DNA from: Podarcis liolepis
Lineage: Eukaryota
Strand: one strand, 5' to 3'
Assembly: GCA_965112155.1 (NCBI GenBank)
Contig: OZ218103.1
Length of the DNA stretch: 64,000 bases
Part shown: piece after piece, positions 51,401 to 64,000 of the stretch
How positions within the stretch are numbered: position 1 is the first letter of the stretch
Layout of the letters: every line of letters starts with the position of its first letter
Program-made: the position numbers and the translations under genes
Notes under the pieces: model-generated
Database searches by the model: none
What the model saw: only the letters and a program-made list of their open reading frames with translations
What the model was told of the DNA's origin: nothing

Positions 51401-53295
51401 AGGCTGCATTAGGAGGAACATACTCTGGATATAAAGGTGTCAAGACATTTCCACAGTGCAGTAACTGAACTATCTCTTATTGGGAGGATTCTCACATAAT
51501 GCTAAAGTACGATCTAGCATTAAGAGTTCTTCAGTGAACCTAAGAGTCTAATGATCTCCTCCTCCCATCTTCTCCTCCAAGATGGTCAAAAGCAGGGCTT
51601 TTTTTTCAGCCGAAGTTACCAGCACCTCTCAGGTTAGTGCCATTGCCATTATAAGAAAACAAGGGAGGTGTTCATTTTCAAATCTTCACGGATTGAAGTC
51701 CCCACTTCTTAATATTGTAGAAGACCCTTAGGTGTGTTCTAAGTTGAATGGTCAGTTTACATGGCTGGCTGGCTAGGCCTACTGGGCTTTTTCATTACCT
51801 TGCATGAACACTGCTGCAGCTGTATATTGCAGAGGAAGATTAGGAGCAAGTCATATTTCAGAAAAACTTGACTGCCATTTTTGATCCTTCTATTGAGGAA
51901 CCCCTAGTGAACTTCCAAAGAAGCCCAGGGTTCATTCCTGGAAGAAGAATATTTGAAAAATTTGTATGTATTGAGTTGACATGGATACTGTTTTGAATAA
52001 CAATTAAGGCACTGACAGAGCACTTTGAGGTTTAGGATAACCATTAGTCCCCAGCATAGTGTGTAGGAGGAGGGGTAATGCACAAGGGCTGTAAACCCAA
52101 ACACAAAACCCATGGGGTCTTCAAAAGGCCCCCATGCTATTATTCATAATGGAGTGCTAATTAGAACTGAGTGACTAATTCACAGAGAAAATAATGTATT
52201 AAATGTGTTCTCAGCCCGTTTTGCCATTTGTAAATTGTCTGCCAGTAGCTTGTGGGTATTATTCTTTATTACCTACTGACTTAACTTTGTGAGTAAATCA
52301 TGGCCTGTTGAATCAACTGAAGTAGTTAATCATGAATCCCAAGTAGTCAAGCTGTGTCAGCTAAATAGATCATATATTTTATTTTTGTTCACTGATTATA
52401 AAAGCATAACTCAATGAATCAAGTTCTCATTGCTCTCACTACATAATTCACTTTGTGCAAACATTTTCTCTTGTTTGCATAACCTTTCCCTTTATGATGC
52501 ATGTGCCACATATAAAATATAAATAAAGAAAAAAATAGGGTTTCCCGGATTTGAAGAATATTTTGCTTTTGGTTTATCTGAGAAGTGGCATAGCCAAATT
52601 CTTAGAGTAGTGGCCTCCAATATCACTGGGAATTGAGGCCTTCCATTCTTAACATTATTGTTAGTGGTGGTGGTAGTACAGTAATAACAATCATAACAAT
52701 AATTTGTACAGGGCTGTTTGCATATGTGGTGCTTTATAAAGAACAATTTCACAGGTTCATTTCCCAAGGGGGCTTGCCATTTAATATAGACACAGGAGAA
52801 CAAGAGTGGAGGTAATCAAAGCAGGGCTAAGCATGAGAAAGAACAGAGTATTATTTTAAACTACACAATTTTGGCTGTGATACACTTGGATCTTGGAGTA
52901 AGTGGGGTTATTCATGTTACATAATCACAACTTATAGAACTACCACCAGGATACAATTTTCATGACAGACATTTGGTGTAGAACAGGAGTGGGGAACTTC
53001 AGGGCCAGGGGCCGAATGTGGCCCCCCAAGCCTCTCAATCTGATCCTTGGGACTCTCTCCAAACCACACCCCTTCTCCAGACACACTCACTCACTATAGA
53101 CCAAACCTGTCACCAGCCCTACTTATCCCCTTCTTTAATGCATTTGCCTGGCTGGAATGTACTCCTGAGCTCTGATAACGCCTCTTGCTTGCCTGGACAG
53201 AGGACAGAGAGGGGTATGCATAGAAACTAGCCCATTGTACAGAAGTACTATTTGTATTCATTGCCCCACCACCCATTTCTGCCTATGCCCCTGCC

Positions 53296-53904
53296 CAGTG
53301 GTGGAGAAACCCCCTCCGGCACCCGGGGCGGGATGCCGAGGGGTGTGGAGAACCGCCCAGTGACGCACGTGTGGCAGTCTGTACAATTGCCGTGCGAGAG
53401 GCAGCCTGAATGGACACCCATACAGCCTTGTTCCAGTATACCTGAAGGAGTGTCTCCACCTCCACCGCTCTGCCCAGACACTGAGGTCCAGCACCGAGGG
53501 CCTTCTGGCAGTTCCCTCACTGTGAGAAGCCAAGTTACAGGGAACCAGGCAGAGGGCCTTCTCGGTAGTGGCAGCTGCCCTGTGGAACGCCCTCCCACCA
53601 GATGTCAAAGAGAAGAACAATTACCAGACTTTTAGCAGACATTTGAAGGCAGCCCTCTTTAGTGAAGCTTTTAATGTTTTACAGACCACTGTATTTTAAT
53701 ACTCTGCTGGAAGCCGCCCAGGGTGGCTGGGGAAATTCTATTCTATTCTATGGACAGCGCATGAGAGTGGCATCCCATATGGACTGCGTGCGCCCTCGGC
53801 TGCTCTACAGCAGGGGGGAGGCAGGGACCATCTTGTCACACCCCCCCCCCCGAGTGGCACCCGGGTCATGGCACCCCCTCCGCCCCCCACTTCGTACGCC
53901 CCTG
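53296..53904. mobile_element. hAT (Tip100-like termini) non-autonomous element, middle layer
   Basis: Termini CAGTGGTGGAG and TACGCCCCTG; 8-bp TSD CCCCTGCC (53288-53295) versus CCCCTGTC (53905-53912), 7/8 identical. Confidence 0.7.
53432..53735 (+). mobile_element. L2 LINE 3' end, inner layer
   Basis: TACCTGAAGGAGTGTCTC...AGGGCCTTCTCGGTAGTGGCAGCTGCCCTGTGGAACGCCCTCCC...AAGCCGCCCAG encodes the YLKE.L...RAFSVVAAALWNALP L2 C-terminal motif. Confidence 0.82.
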
Positions 53905-56636
53905 CCCCTGTCTACTACCAACATGTGTCCCTCAGAAGGGTGCCCAGAAGAAACTGCGACCCTTGGGCTGAGAAAGGTTCCCTAGCCCTGCAGCAGAAAT
54001 AAAAAAGAGTACTATTTTCATAGAGGATGCAGAATATGCAAGTTATAAGAATTTTAGCAAGCAAAGGAAGTGGTGTTTAAAAACATTCCAAAAGAAAGTA
54101 ATAGAAAATTACAATCTAAATGCAGGCTTCAAGAATGGGCCTTTTCTCAGTTTCCTTATTTTGTCATCAGACCAATTAGGATCATTTAAACGTATCAGAT
54201 ATAGAATCAATTATAACCCAGCCCGCCACCGTGGAAAGTTTTCAGAAGGGCAGCTTCACCCTGCTCCCATATGATGATAATCATGGCCACAAACACTATA
54301 CAATAATAGCAATTTTTGAGGCTATTTGTTTCTTCTTGGATATTTGCATCAAATGTAAGAAGATGCTACAGTGTTTTTTGTACCACATGAAGCTGCTTGC
54401 AATACCAAAATAGCACAAATCCAAATTATGATCTTATGTGTTATAATGTATTTCATTGAAGCTCAACACAAAGCAGTAAAGAAATCTATTCAGCACAGTA
54501 ATAAACCAAAATTGAAAGAGATTCCCATTCTGTATAATTGTTGTCTTTAAAACAAAACCTCTGCTCATTAGTTTGTCTCATTTTTAACTCTTTTCAATAA
54601 AGTGTGCTGCATTTATGGCTGGTAGTGTTACAGCCTGCAATTATCCACATACAATGTATAATATGATGTTCTTTACCCAAAGCAGCTTTCAATGAGTTGC
54701 AACCCTGACTATACAGAACTGGTTTAAATAAACAATGTGGTAAATGTTGACTACAAGGTCTTGTTTGTCCAGCATTTCCTGGGAGACTTAGATTCGCTAC
54801 TTCAATACACACAGTCCTGGAAAAGCTCAAAGTCTGTGGCACACACAGACCATTGTGTTCGCTTGGCAATCTTTTTGGCAGTCTGGGACACCCTTTGTTA
54901 GTGTAGATGGTACCATCCACATAGAGAAAAGCAACACAACCCCGTGTGCAGGATGGTGCATGCACCACATTTGCATTTTTATGGTAACATGTCAAACCAA
55001 GAAAAAAGAAAGCTCCCTTGCAGGTAGTTAAGAAGACATGGCTTGGTAAGTTGGTATAGAATGTGGCAGTAAAGGCAGCTATATTATGGTGGGCTGCAAT
55101 GATGCATGTAATACAGAAGAAATGGCCTGCCAGGCAGCCAATGGTGGCTGGTGCCCCTTTAGATTGGTGAAGGCAGAGGGAACTTCGTAGGTTTCATAGG
55201 AAACCACAGTGGTAACAGAAAAGAACTTATCACCCTAGTGTGCTGAGCATCCACAGGGCTGTATCTGATATAAAGGACCAGATGTCTGGATTAATAAGAT
55301 GCTAGTACTGCATCAGCAAATAAACATAAGAAGCACTTCAGAGGAAGACATTTTTAGCATGCTTTGGAAAAACTGAATACTTTTCTCAATTTGTACTCTA
55401 CTTGCTCAGAATGTATTCCCTAAGCAATGCACAATTACACGTAAAACGTGACTTTGGCATTGTAATAACTGAAAGTGGCAGGGTGTTGGGGCAGAAAACC
55501 AGGGCCCCACTCAGTAGCATGAACAAGAAGGCCCTGAAAGACACCAGGGCAGTGACATTTGGAAGAAATACACATTGCCATCTAACAATGGGGGGTGGGG
55601 ATCAGCCCATTAAATCCAGAATCTAAAATTAAGTAACTGGGTCTATACAACATAGAATGTGTGTGCAACCAAATTGCTCAGTCCCCTGAGTGCTTCAGAT
55701 TCTGAAGGATGACTTCCCAATGAGAGTCAGACAGGAAGTATAATAATAAAAGCTGCAGCGTGCACTGATATGCACCTGGGGCGCACGGAAAGAGTGTGCC
55801 ATGTGGTCATCAGGTCCTCACATGGCTATATGCTTAGATGCCAGGTTTTTAATTAGCAGGTTTGTCATCTGATGTTCACTAGCCTTGTAGTTAATTATTT
55901 GATAAAAGCAGTTTATTATTCACAATATATTATAAATTTATTATGGCTCATTGCTTTAAAATATTTAATCCTTTGCAGGTCCTTAAACACAAATATGGCA
56001 GCTATTAGCAACCTCTTCAGTGAGGCGTAAAATTGTACCCAAAGGCCTCATAAACAAGGAATGCTTGGGAAAGATTAAATCAGTGTATACAGCTGCAGAG
56101 GAGACCATTAGGAAATGCATTATCATTATGCTCTAGTGTTGTTTTGTTTGCCACTCCACTCCTGTCAGATCTGTCAGCTACCTATATTCTCTCTCTCCCC
56201 CCGCCAATAAATAAGAGATGTTACACCACCTGATTAGGTGGAAATCATTTATCAGGACATACTTCAACTAAGGCAGGATTATCTCCATCAATCTCCTGGG
56301 CCATCCCTATCTCCAGCCATCTAAACCCTAAAGATGATGTCACCCAAAGGATATGCAAACAAAGGGACCACAAGCAAGTGAGGCTCCTTCTGCAATGTTC
56401 ATCACAGGGGTCATCAGAGCCCAAGAGACAAGCCACACCATTCCTTTAGATTACAATGAAAAATTTGCTTAGCTACAAGATGCATGTTCTACCCAAGCAA
56501 GTCTTTCATAACTTCCAGAAGATTTTCCAGCTTTGATTGGACATAATAAACATTTAATTCTAGATGTAAAGAGACTTTTCACAACAAAAGTTTCATATAT
56601 TAAAGGAAAAATAAAAATCTAGTATTGGTTTTCCAG

Positions 56637-56913
56637 NNNNNNNNNNNNNNNNNNNNNNNNNNNNNNNNNNNNNNNNNNNNNNNNNNNNNNNNNNNNNNNN
56701 NNNNNNNNNNNNNNNNNNNNNNNNNNNNNNNNNNNNNNNNNNNNNNNNNNNNNNNNNNNNNNNNNNNNNNNNNNNNNNNNNNNNNNNNNNNNNNNNNNNN
56801 NNNNNNNNNNNNNNNNNNNNNNNNNNNNNNNNNNNNNNNNNNNNNNNNNNNNNNNNNNNNNNNNNNNNNNNNNNNNNNNNNNNNNNNNNNNNNNNNNNNN
56901 NNNNNNNNNNNNN
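56637..56913. other. Assembly gap (277 N)
   Basis: Run of N. Confidence 1.
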
Positions 56914-59003
56914 ACTTAAATTTTTTAATGTTGTGTGCAATTCACCTCTACTCCCCCCCCCCTTCCCCAGCAAACTTTAGAAAATAATTCTAGCCTCAGC
57001 AGTTTGGAGGAACAATAAACACCAACTTCAGTATTTGTTATGCTCCAGTGAATTTCTATGGATTTTCCTTAGCAATCCGATCTACCAGATTATTCCTACA
57101 TAAAACTATAATCCCTCAGAAAATCATCAGGTAAGCCACTTTTCCATTTTATTCCTTATTCAAAACTACAGCAAACTCCCTACAGAGTTAAAGCTGACTG
57201 ACAGAAACATCCACTGTGGTGCCTGGCAAATAAAGAAATTAGCTTGCATTAGAAGAAGGCAGTACAAGATATTATACAGAGTGAACATGTGCCCTTTTTG
57301 TGATAATCTCCTAAAAGGACTCAGTAAATTGTACAACTGTTACTAGAAAGTTGTTCACTTTTGCTTAGCTGACATAGCACGGGTGGGCATCCCAAAATAC
57401 ACCTCTTTGCCTCCCTTGGCATCACTCCCCAACAAACTTTCTCGACCCTCTCCCACCCCAACCAGAGAATGCAACTGCTGACAGGGAGAAGATGGCCTCC
57501 AGGCAAGGATTACTGGGCATGAGTGGGACAGGTACAGAATACGAGAGATTAGTAGCCCACTCTTCCATCTCTTGCCAACAATCCCATCAAACCAGTCTAG
57601 TTGATAAGAATGCTGGTTTTGACAACAAAGTGAAAAACTTGTAACTACGCCATTCAATACAATTTCCTTAAAAGCATGTCTGTAACTTTTGGGGCATTTG
57701 CAAGAACCCCGACTTCTACAAATTCTGAAAATGTCAACATTTTTATTTTTAGCAACTGACTGTATTAATCACTAGAAAAACACATAATTATAATTATTCT
57801 GCATTTCATGGGAACATTGTGCTGGTTGGGGGCGTGTTGGTCAAGACAAATAACTTGGATTTCATACTTTTTTTAAAAAAAGATTTTTTTAAAAAGTCTA
57901 TAATTGGATGACTAATATATGAAAATCAAGTACCTAAAACCAACTGCAGATAATTTCTAGTAGGTTTTACCAGGTAAATTACACCTAAGAGCAAATTAAA
58001 CTTCAATTAGCCAGTATTTGAGACAGACTTTCAAAGACAGACAATGGTATTTCCGTTTGTTTGAAGGTGAAAACCATGGAGAAGCTTCTCTGAGAACAAA
58101 AGACAGACACAAATGGAACAACACACCTCAGCACTTAAGGACACATGATAACAATCATTGTGAACAGGTACATAATTGCAATAGCATAGCAGAAGAAAGG
58201 CAAGGGGTGAATCATCAAATCCTATCCCAACTAGTGCTCCAACAAACAATTAAGTGAAGGGAAAAGAATGATCTACTAACAGATGGAAGGAGAATTACAG
58301 CTGCAGAGTTGGGATGGATAAATTACCTTTTTTTCAAGGCAAGAAGCAGTATCATTTCTTTCTGGCCAGACCAAGATAAGTTGAGAGCCACATTATTTGC
58401 TACTGTAGATGGCCTGCTTGGAAAGATAACAGCTACAGCTATTACTGGGTTTGTCTGGGAGTGGCAGTAGATGTGGGTATGTAGTATTGCAATATGCAGT
58501 ATTGCGCAGTGCCAGTCTGGATACTGGATACTGCAGTAAGTTTGATGCTTTCAGCGTCTATGTCCTGGCTTCACCCCTTGGACACAGTACTCAGACTCTC
58601 AGCTCAAGGAAACCTAGCAGCTTTGTTTACGAAACCAGTACAATCTCAGCATTTGCTTGAAATACAGGATATACTTGACATACCCCTCCTGCTCTGCTTT
58701 TAAGGAGCAGGATGGAACCAGGCAGTTGTACAGTTCTCATTACAAGCAGGACGACTGAGCATGGGGTGGCCTTGGTCTCTTCACTTGTGCAGATGGTGTT
58801 ACATCCTTGGCAACAGGACCTAAGTCAGTCCTTTCTGCTTCTGGTTCACCTGGCCCTGCTAACTGGCCACCTACCTCTTCTACTAACATGGACACCTGAC
58901 TCTGAAGAAAGGGTGGACCCCAGCCCACAAGGTTCTCCATTCCCTTCTGTGACATCCTGAAATATTGGGGCAGAGACCTCTCACAACTTGCTACATAGGC
59001 TCC

Positions 59004-59082
59004 TGGAAGACAGGAGTGCTTGGCGTGCTCTGGTCCATGGGGTCATGAAGAGTCGGAGATGGTTAAACAACTAAACAACAAC
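59004..59082 (+). mobile_element. Bov-B/RTE-type LINE 3' end fragment
   Basis: GGAAGACAGGAGTGCTTGGCGTGCTCTGGTCCATGGGGTCATGAAGAGTCGG...CTAAACAACAAC, nearly identical to the reverse complement of 27214-27300. Confidence 0.82.
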
Positions 59083-61568
59083 GTGTAATAGATGGCCTTA
59101 GATTGGGGAGGTCCAAGTTCAAACTGACTTATAAAGCTCATATGGTAAACCTGGCTAAAATACTATCTCTCAGATAAGCCTATCTGAGAGAGTTGTTGTA
59201 GGTATTAAGTAAGATAACTCAGTATATTGCACAAACTTTCATTGAAGGAGAGGTGATATCCAAACACAAGTGGTTTGTTAGTGCACTGCACTATTAAATA
59301 CTTCCTCTATCAAGAACTCATAGAACAGACCTAATAAAACAGCATCTAAAACTTCAGCAGCAAAAGTATATATAATCAATAAGCAGCAAAGCCATCATAC
59401 TCCATCAAATTTTTGGAAAGAGAGATACGGTTTTACCTGGCACCAAAACCATGTTAACAATGCTGCCAGGCAGACCTCACTGAGGAGAACACAAAGAGGA
59501 AGCTACAATTAAAAACCATTGTGGTCAATCTCTGAAACTCCCTCAGTGGATGAAGCCCAGAGAAGTGTCTCAGATCAAAACTTAAAGGTCCAGAAGAGAC
59601 TATAACTATAGTATGTGAATGGACTCCACAAGTAGAACCTTAAGGAAGTCTCACCTCTTGGTGCTTTGCTCACTGGACCCCCCCCCCCCAAGCCTTGATG
59701 TCCACACTCAATGAGTGCATGTTGAGAGGTCAGCCTAGTGCTTCACATCAGGGAGGAGGCCAGAAATCACAGGAGTCATGATCTCACTTCCTTTTGACCA
59801 TGTGAAGCGTCTTCATGCAATACAGAAAACTATTCTTTCATAATTAATATTAATGCATTTTCATGATCAATATTAATGCATGAAGAAGGCTTATGTCAAC
59901 TCTATTGCCATCTTTTTAAAATTTCTGTAATATTAAGGGCTTACTCTCCTTTGGGGAGGAGGGCAGTGTTTTCAAGCAGTTGTCTGCCAAGACTGATGTT
60001 CACAACTTTAAATACCAGGAGACAACAACAACAGCGTCAGTTTGGAAACTCCTGGAATCTCTGATGTTTTAGAAATAAATCTTTAAAGAGAAAGCTCATA
60101 ATTACGCAAATAATTCTGAATCAAAAGGAGATTCATCATCATTGCATTAACTTGATATTTTTCTTTCAAAGCCTGCGCATCAAATGCTATAATTCCCATA
60201 AGACTGTATTTTGATACTATGAGCCATAAAATCTGAACTATATAAAAAGCAATGGAAAACTGCTAAGCTCTTTTAATTAGTTTGGTTGGATGCACCCATG
60301 ATTTAGAGTTGGATTAATATTACTGAAAAGTAAGTGCACAACTATTCAAGAGCTTCTCAAAAAGTCCATGGCAAACAGGAATACTGAATTGTAAATGCAA
60401 TCTCTGACATCCAGTGTGCTGGCAACTATAAACCTGTCATTCTTCTGGACTTCCAAAACAAACAGTCTGTATGCCAAGAGAAAAAGGACACATTCCATCT
60501 GGTAGCTCAATCTATCACTGCTTTCATCAAACAGAAGGAATAGCAGCTCTTGAAAAGGCTGTTACACTCCACTTCACTGACAGGGTGGGCTTTGTTCTTT
60601 GACTCTGTTAAGCTGTGTCCAGAATGCAGCTTTTCCCCATGTCAGATTTAGCACTGCAACAGAAATGGGGAGAAGAGCAACCTAAAGAAGAGGCAAGCTG
60701 TATAGGGATTTGGTGCCACAGTTGTTATTTTGGGCTGTGCCACCCATGATGCTCCTGTGTGTACACACACACACAGCCCACTGTTCTGATCTAGCTCAGG
60801 TTTTCCTACATCAATCAGGTGTAGGCTAAATGGCAAGACTCTAACCCTATGATTCAAAGGATCTCAAGGTCTGGTGCTTGATCAAGCTTCTTGTTTTTGT
60901 GCACACAAAAGTAAGAGGTGTAATACCCCTCTAGTTTGCTGTAGCCCTCCATAAACTATAAATCCTAAATTTAGGAGCTAAAAGCCTGTAAACCATTTAT
61001 AAATTCTTCAGGATCTTCTGCAAAGCACATCACTCTTGCCAGAATCTCAACAGTAGACCTGTCTTTGCTTTTATTGTCCCCACAAAGAAAAACTGCCCTA
61101 AAATAGATTTTGACTTGTATTCTATCTTGGAAGTTCTTATTTCTGGAAAGAAGTTCACCACTGCCAATCCTCTGTAATTTTTTTTTTCTCCCTGGTCTCA
61201 TCTTCTCTGCTTCCATTTTCCAAGCCTTTTCTCCTCCTTTCGGTTAATGTGTGTGTTGATAAGGTGATAGGAAGCGCCTCAGTAGGGTTTGACTTTTCTT
61301 TCTGCTAGTGAGGGCTGGGCTGGCACTTTCTTATATACAAGGAGAAATTTCTCTAGCTTTTAGGAAAGTATTTGAAATAACTATCCTGGTATGGGTCTAA
61401 TCCTGAGACTGACCAACTTGAAGGGGTTGAAGATGCATTTATGTGGAGAGGTAGCAGGAAGATGCTAAGTGGGGTTTTTGCTGCTGATCTGTACAGAGGA
61501 CCAGAGGTAGACTTTGGTAATCTATTGTAACATGGACCCTATGTGAGGCCAAAAGGTGGTGCCCCCAA

Positions 61569-61600
61569 ATGGATCTTCTCAATTATGGATCTTCTCAATT
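61569..61600. repeat. Perfect 16-bp tandem duplication
   Basis: ATGGATCTTCTCAATT twice, inside an eroded hAT-like remnant (about 61500-61660). Confidence 0.9.
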
Positions 61601-61686
61601 TTGCACCCCCTCAGCTCAGCACCCTGTGCAGGGAAACCACTCACTTCCCTAAATCCGGTACTCCACAAGGCATTGGTTCACAGAAC

Positions 61687-61723
61687 GTGTGTGTGTGTGT
61701 GTGTGTGTGTGTTTGTGTGTGTG
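61687..61723. repeat. (GT)n microsatellite
   Basis: Directly visible, with one interruption. Confidence 0.95.
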
Positions 61724-62075
61724 TAGAAGTGATATATGAAATGTCAGTCAAATATATGCAGAACTAGACTTGTATTACTGCAATGCTATAAATAAATGCC
61801 ACAGTGGAGGTATAATACTACAGATTTGACCTTCCGTATCCCAGATGTTTTGTTTAAAGCAGCTATAAATCAAATCAGAACTGATTAGATAAAGCACATT
61901 TGTTCCACCCATGCCTCTGACCCCAGAACTAACAACTGACTTTGCATTATATGTATTTGGAAAATTAAACCATACATAGCTGGAAACCAGGAGATATATA
62001 GGAGTCAGTTTAAAATGTTAAGAAAACAAGAGAGGAAAGAGGGCCACTGCATAATCTTACCAGCATTAGACTCAC

Positions 62076-62144
62076 CTTAACTCTCCCCACCCTTTTCCTT
62101 TGTGCAATTGGGCTGAGCTTTTCTTGTTCAGATTTTTTTACCAT
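62076..62144 (-). other. Candidate 69-nt exon
   Basis: Strong acceptor CTTTGTTCGTTTTCTTCTGCAG and strong donor AAG|GTGAGT. Only frame 0 is open (MVKKSEQEKLSPIAQRKRVGRVK). No homolog recognised. Confidence 0.35.
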
Positions 62145-63598
62145 CTGCAGAAGAAAACGAACAAAGTTCTTATTTCCTCGCCTGCAGAGTAAAGCCACTT
62201 ACTTGAGAGAAATCAAATTGAAGCGCTTTATTTCCCAGAGCACACAGCTGGGGCCATTTCACAACTCAGTTCTAAAGAGAAGGCTAATGAAAGAATTACC
62301 ACTTATGTTCTGAAAGACAGAATTTACCTACTGTAATTGCCAGAGACCATATCCTTGCTGAGGACAATGCAGCATACGTAGTGCTCCCATGAAGTGAGAT
62401 GAATTGAACTCTCTGTTGGTAACAGACCCATAAGGAGAGTCATTAATCACCTGAACAGTCTCAAGCGCATCCACTGCCAGTAATGGACTTCATACTGGAA
62501 AAAAACTGACTTGTAGTGCCACAAGGCTAAAGGAGGGGATATTCTTTATGAATATGTTATCTGCCCCTCAGGAATTACCTGCTACCTCAGAAACACACTT
62601 CTTAACTGGAAGGTTTTTTTAAAAAAAACAAAAACAAAACACTTCCCTCTTCCTTTTCTTTTCTTTTCTTTACCTAGACACTAAAGGAAGACCACACAAA
62701 ACTGCTATAAACTAATGAAAGCTGTTTGTGTTTCATACCACTTAGTTAGACCTTATATACAATGGTAATATCAGTACTGTATAACTTCTCATTTTCAAAA
62801 CCTACTGTGAAGACTTAAGTGCCACAAAATCACACAGTTATGCTTCATTTGAGCATGGAAACCTGATAGTTGGTATTAGGATTTTAATGACCTACTTACT
62901 GAAAATAATCTTGAAGGGTGGGGGTGGGGAGGAGTTGCTTTTGAAGTAAAATAGGTTAGTTGTTAATCAGAGTGTTTAAACTCTTGGCAATGCCTCGTTA
63001 AGCCGCTTTGCTCACTTTATCATATTTTAATATAGCAAGAGTTTGGATTCTCCTTCTTATGCTGAAATCTACAATTAGCTAGGTCCACTTCGTCTTGCTC
63101 ACTCATCCTGTGCTCCGAAACACAGTGACTTGTAATAAATTGCCAACGTGGTTTTCTTCAGAAGTGAAAAATTGTTTACTTAATTCAATATAAAAAATGT
63201 CACTCTTGTGGAATGTATAACCATAGAGAACACAGATGGGAGCAAGTGTTATGTATAAAGGGAACAAGATGCGAAGCAAAATAACTGTGTTCCATCAGAT
63301 GACTTTACTTTTGTGTATTAGGTTTTCTCATCTTCGCTCATGTCCATGTGAGAACTACTCACATTCTGTGTTCTAGACTTAAGTGCAAAGCAGGAAGTGT
63401 AGGAAACACTGCTGGGGGGGGGGACCATGTACAATCTGACATAGAAGCTATACGTTCTGTCCTATGTGTTGACTGTGTCATTTGTGTGTGGCCTGAACTT
63501 CTCATTGTCTACCTTTAGGGCAAACTAGGCTATGCACGAGTGTTCTGTGGCTTCTCCCAAATAAGCACATTCAAGAAATGTAAAAGCCCCCATGCGGG

Positions 63599-63976
63599 CA
63601 GCGGCAGAGCATATGCTCATGCTGCCCAGGACGGCGTACTCCCGAGGGGTGTGTGGCATGGAGGGTGCATTCCCAGGCACGGAATAGCTGTTTGGGCGCC
63701 TGGAGCAACGCATGTGCCCTGCATCCAGGGGCAGAGAAAGCCACTCATGGCAGACATTCAGTGCACTGCCCACCCGTGATTCCCAAGCCTCCGCCAAGCT
63801 GTCAAAACAAAGGGGGAAGGGGGGAATGTCGCCGGCAAAGTGGCGCAGCTACCCGCTTACCCCAACAGCTCGGGGTAGGCTTGGGAGTCGTGGGTGGGCA
63901 GCACACTGAATGTCACCGCCCTCAGTGAGGGCACCTGGGGCAGTTCGCCCCTCCTGCCCCCCTTCCTACGCCCCTG
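63599..63976. mobile_element. hAT (Tip100-like termini) non-autonomous element with long internal inverted repeat
   Basis: Termini CAGCGGCAGAGC and CTACGCCCCTG, the same type as 53296-53904. TSD CATGCGGG (63591-63598) versus AATGTGGG (63977-63984), 6/8 identical. Confidence 0.65.
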
Positions 63977-64000
63977 AATGTGGGTGCATCTTTTAGGATA

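Larger units (their letters stand above)
52984..53990. mobile_element. Old non-autonomous hAT element, outer layer of a nested insertion
   Basis: Termini CAGGAGTGGGGAAC and GTTCCCTAGCCCTG with GGCC-rich subterminal motifs; right end similar to about 43260-43327; TSD eroded. Confidence 0.65.

Noticed and set aside
56593-56987. ORFs spanning the N run
   Set aside because: Artefacts of the assembly gap.

Overview
Vertebrate genomic DNA, most likely a squamate. The mix of Bov-B/RTE, CR1, L2, tRNA-derived SINEs, hAT and Tc1/mariner MITEs and a Gypsy-like solo LTR suggests a lacertid-type lizard (inference). I recognise no protein-coding gene. Most ORF-track entries are chance ORFs or LINE fragments, so the window looks like a gene desert or large intron, with one 277-N assembly gap. 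The main observation is the only CpG island (about 39.4-40.2 kb). It looks like a housekeeping-gene promoter plus first exon, but lies entirely inside an 887-bp non-autonomous hAT DNA transposon with perfect 13-bp TIRs and a perfect 8-bp TSD. This suggests a Pack-TIR-type element carrying a captured promoter, 5'UTR and splice donor. A second, older hAT at about 6.0-6.5 kb carries a different promoter/exon-1-like cargo with a splice donor. Together they hint at recurrent promoter/first-exon shuttling by hAT elements in this genome.
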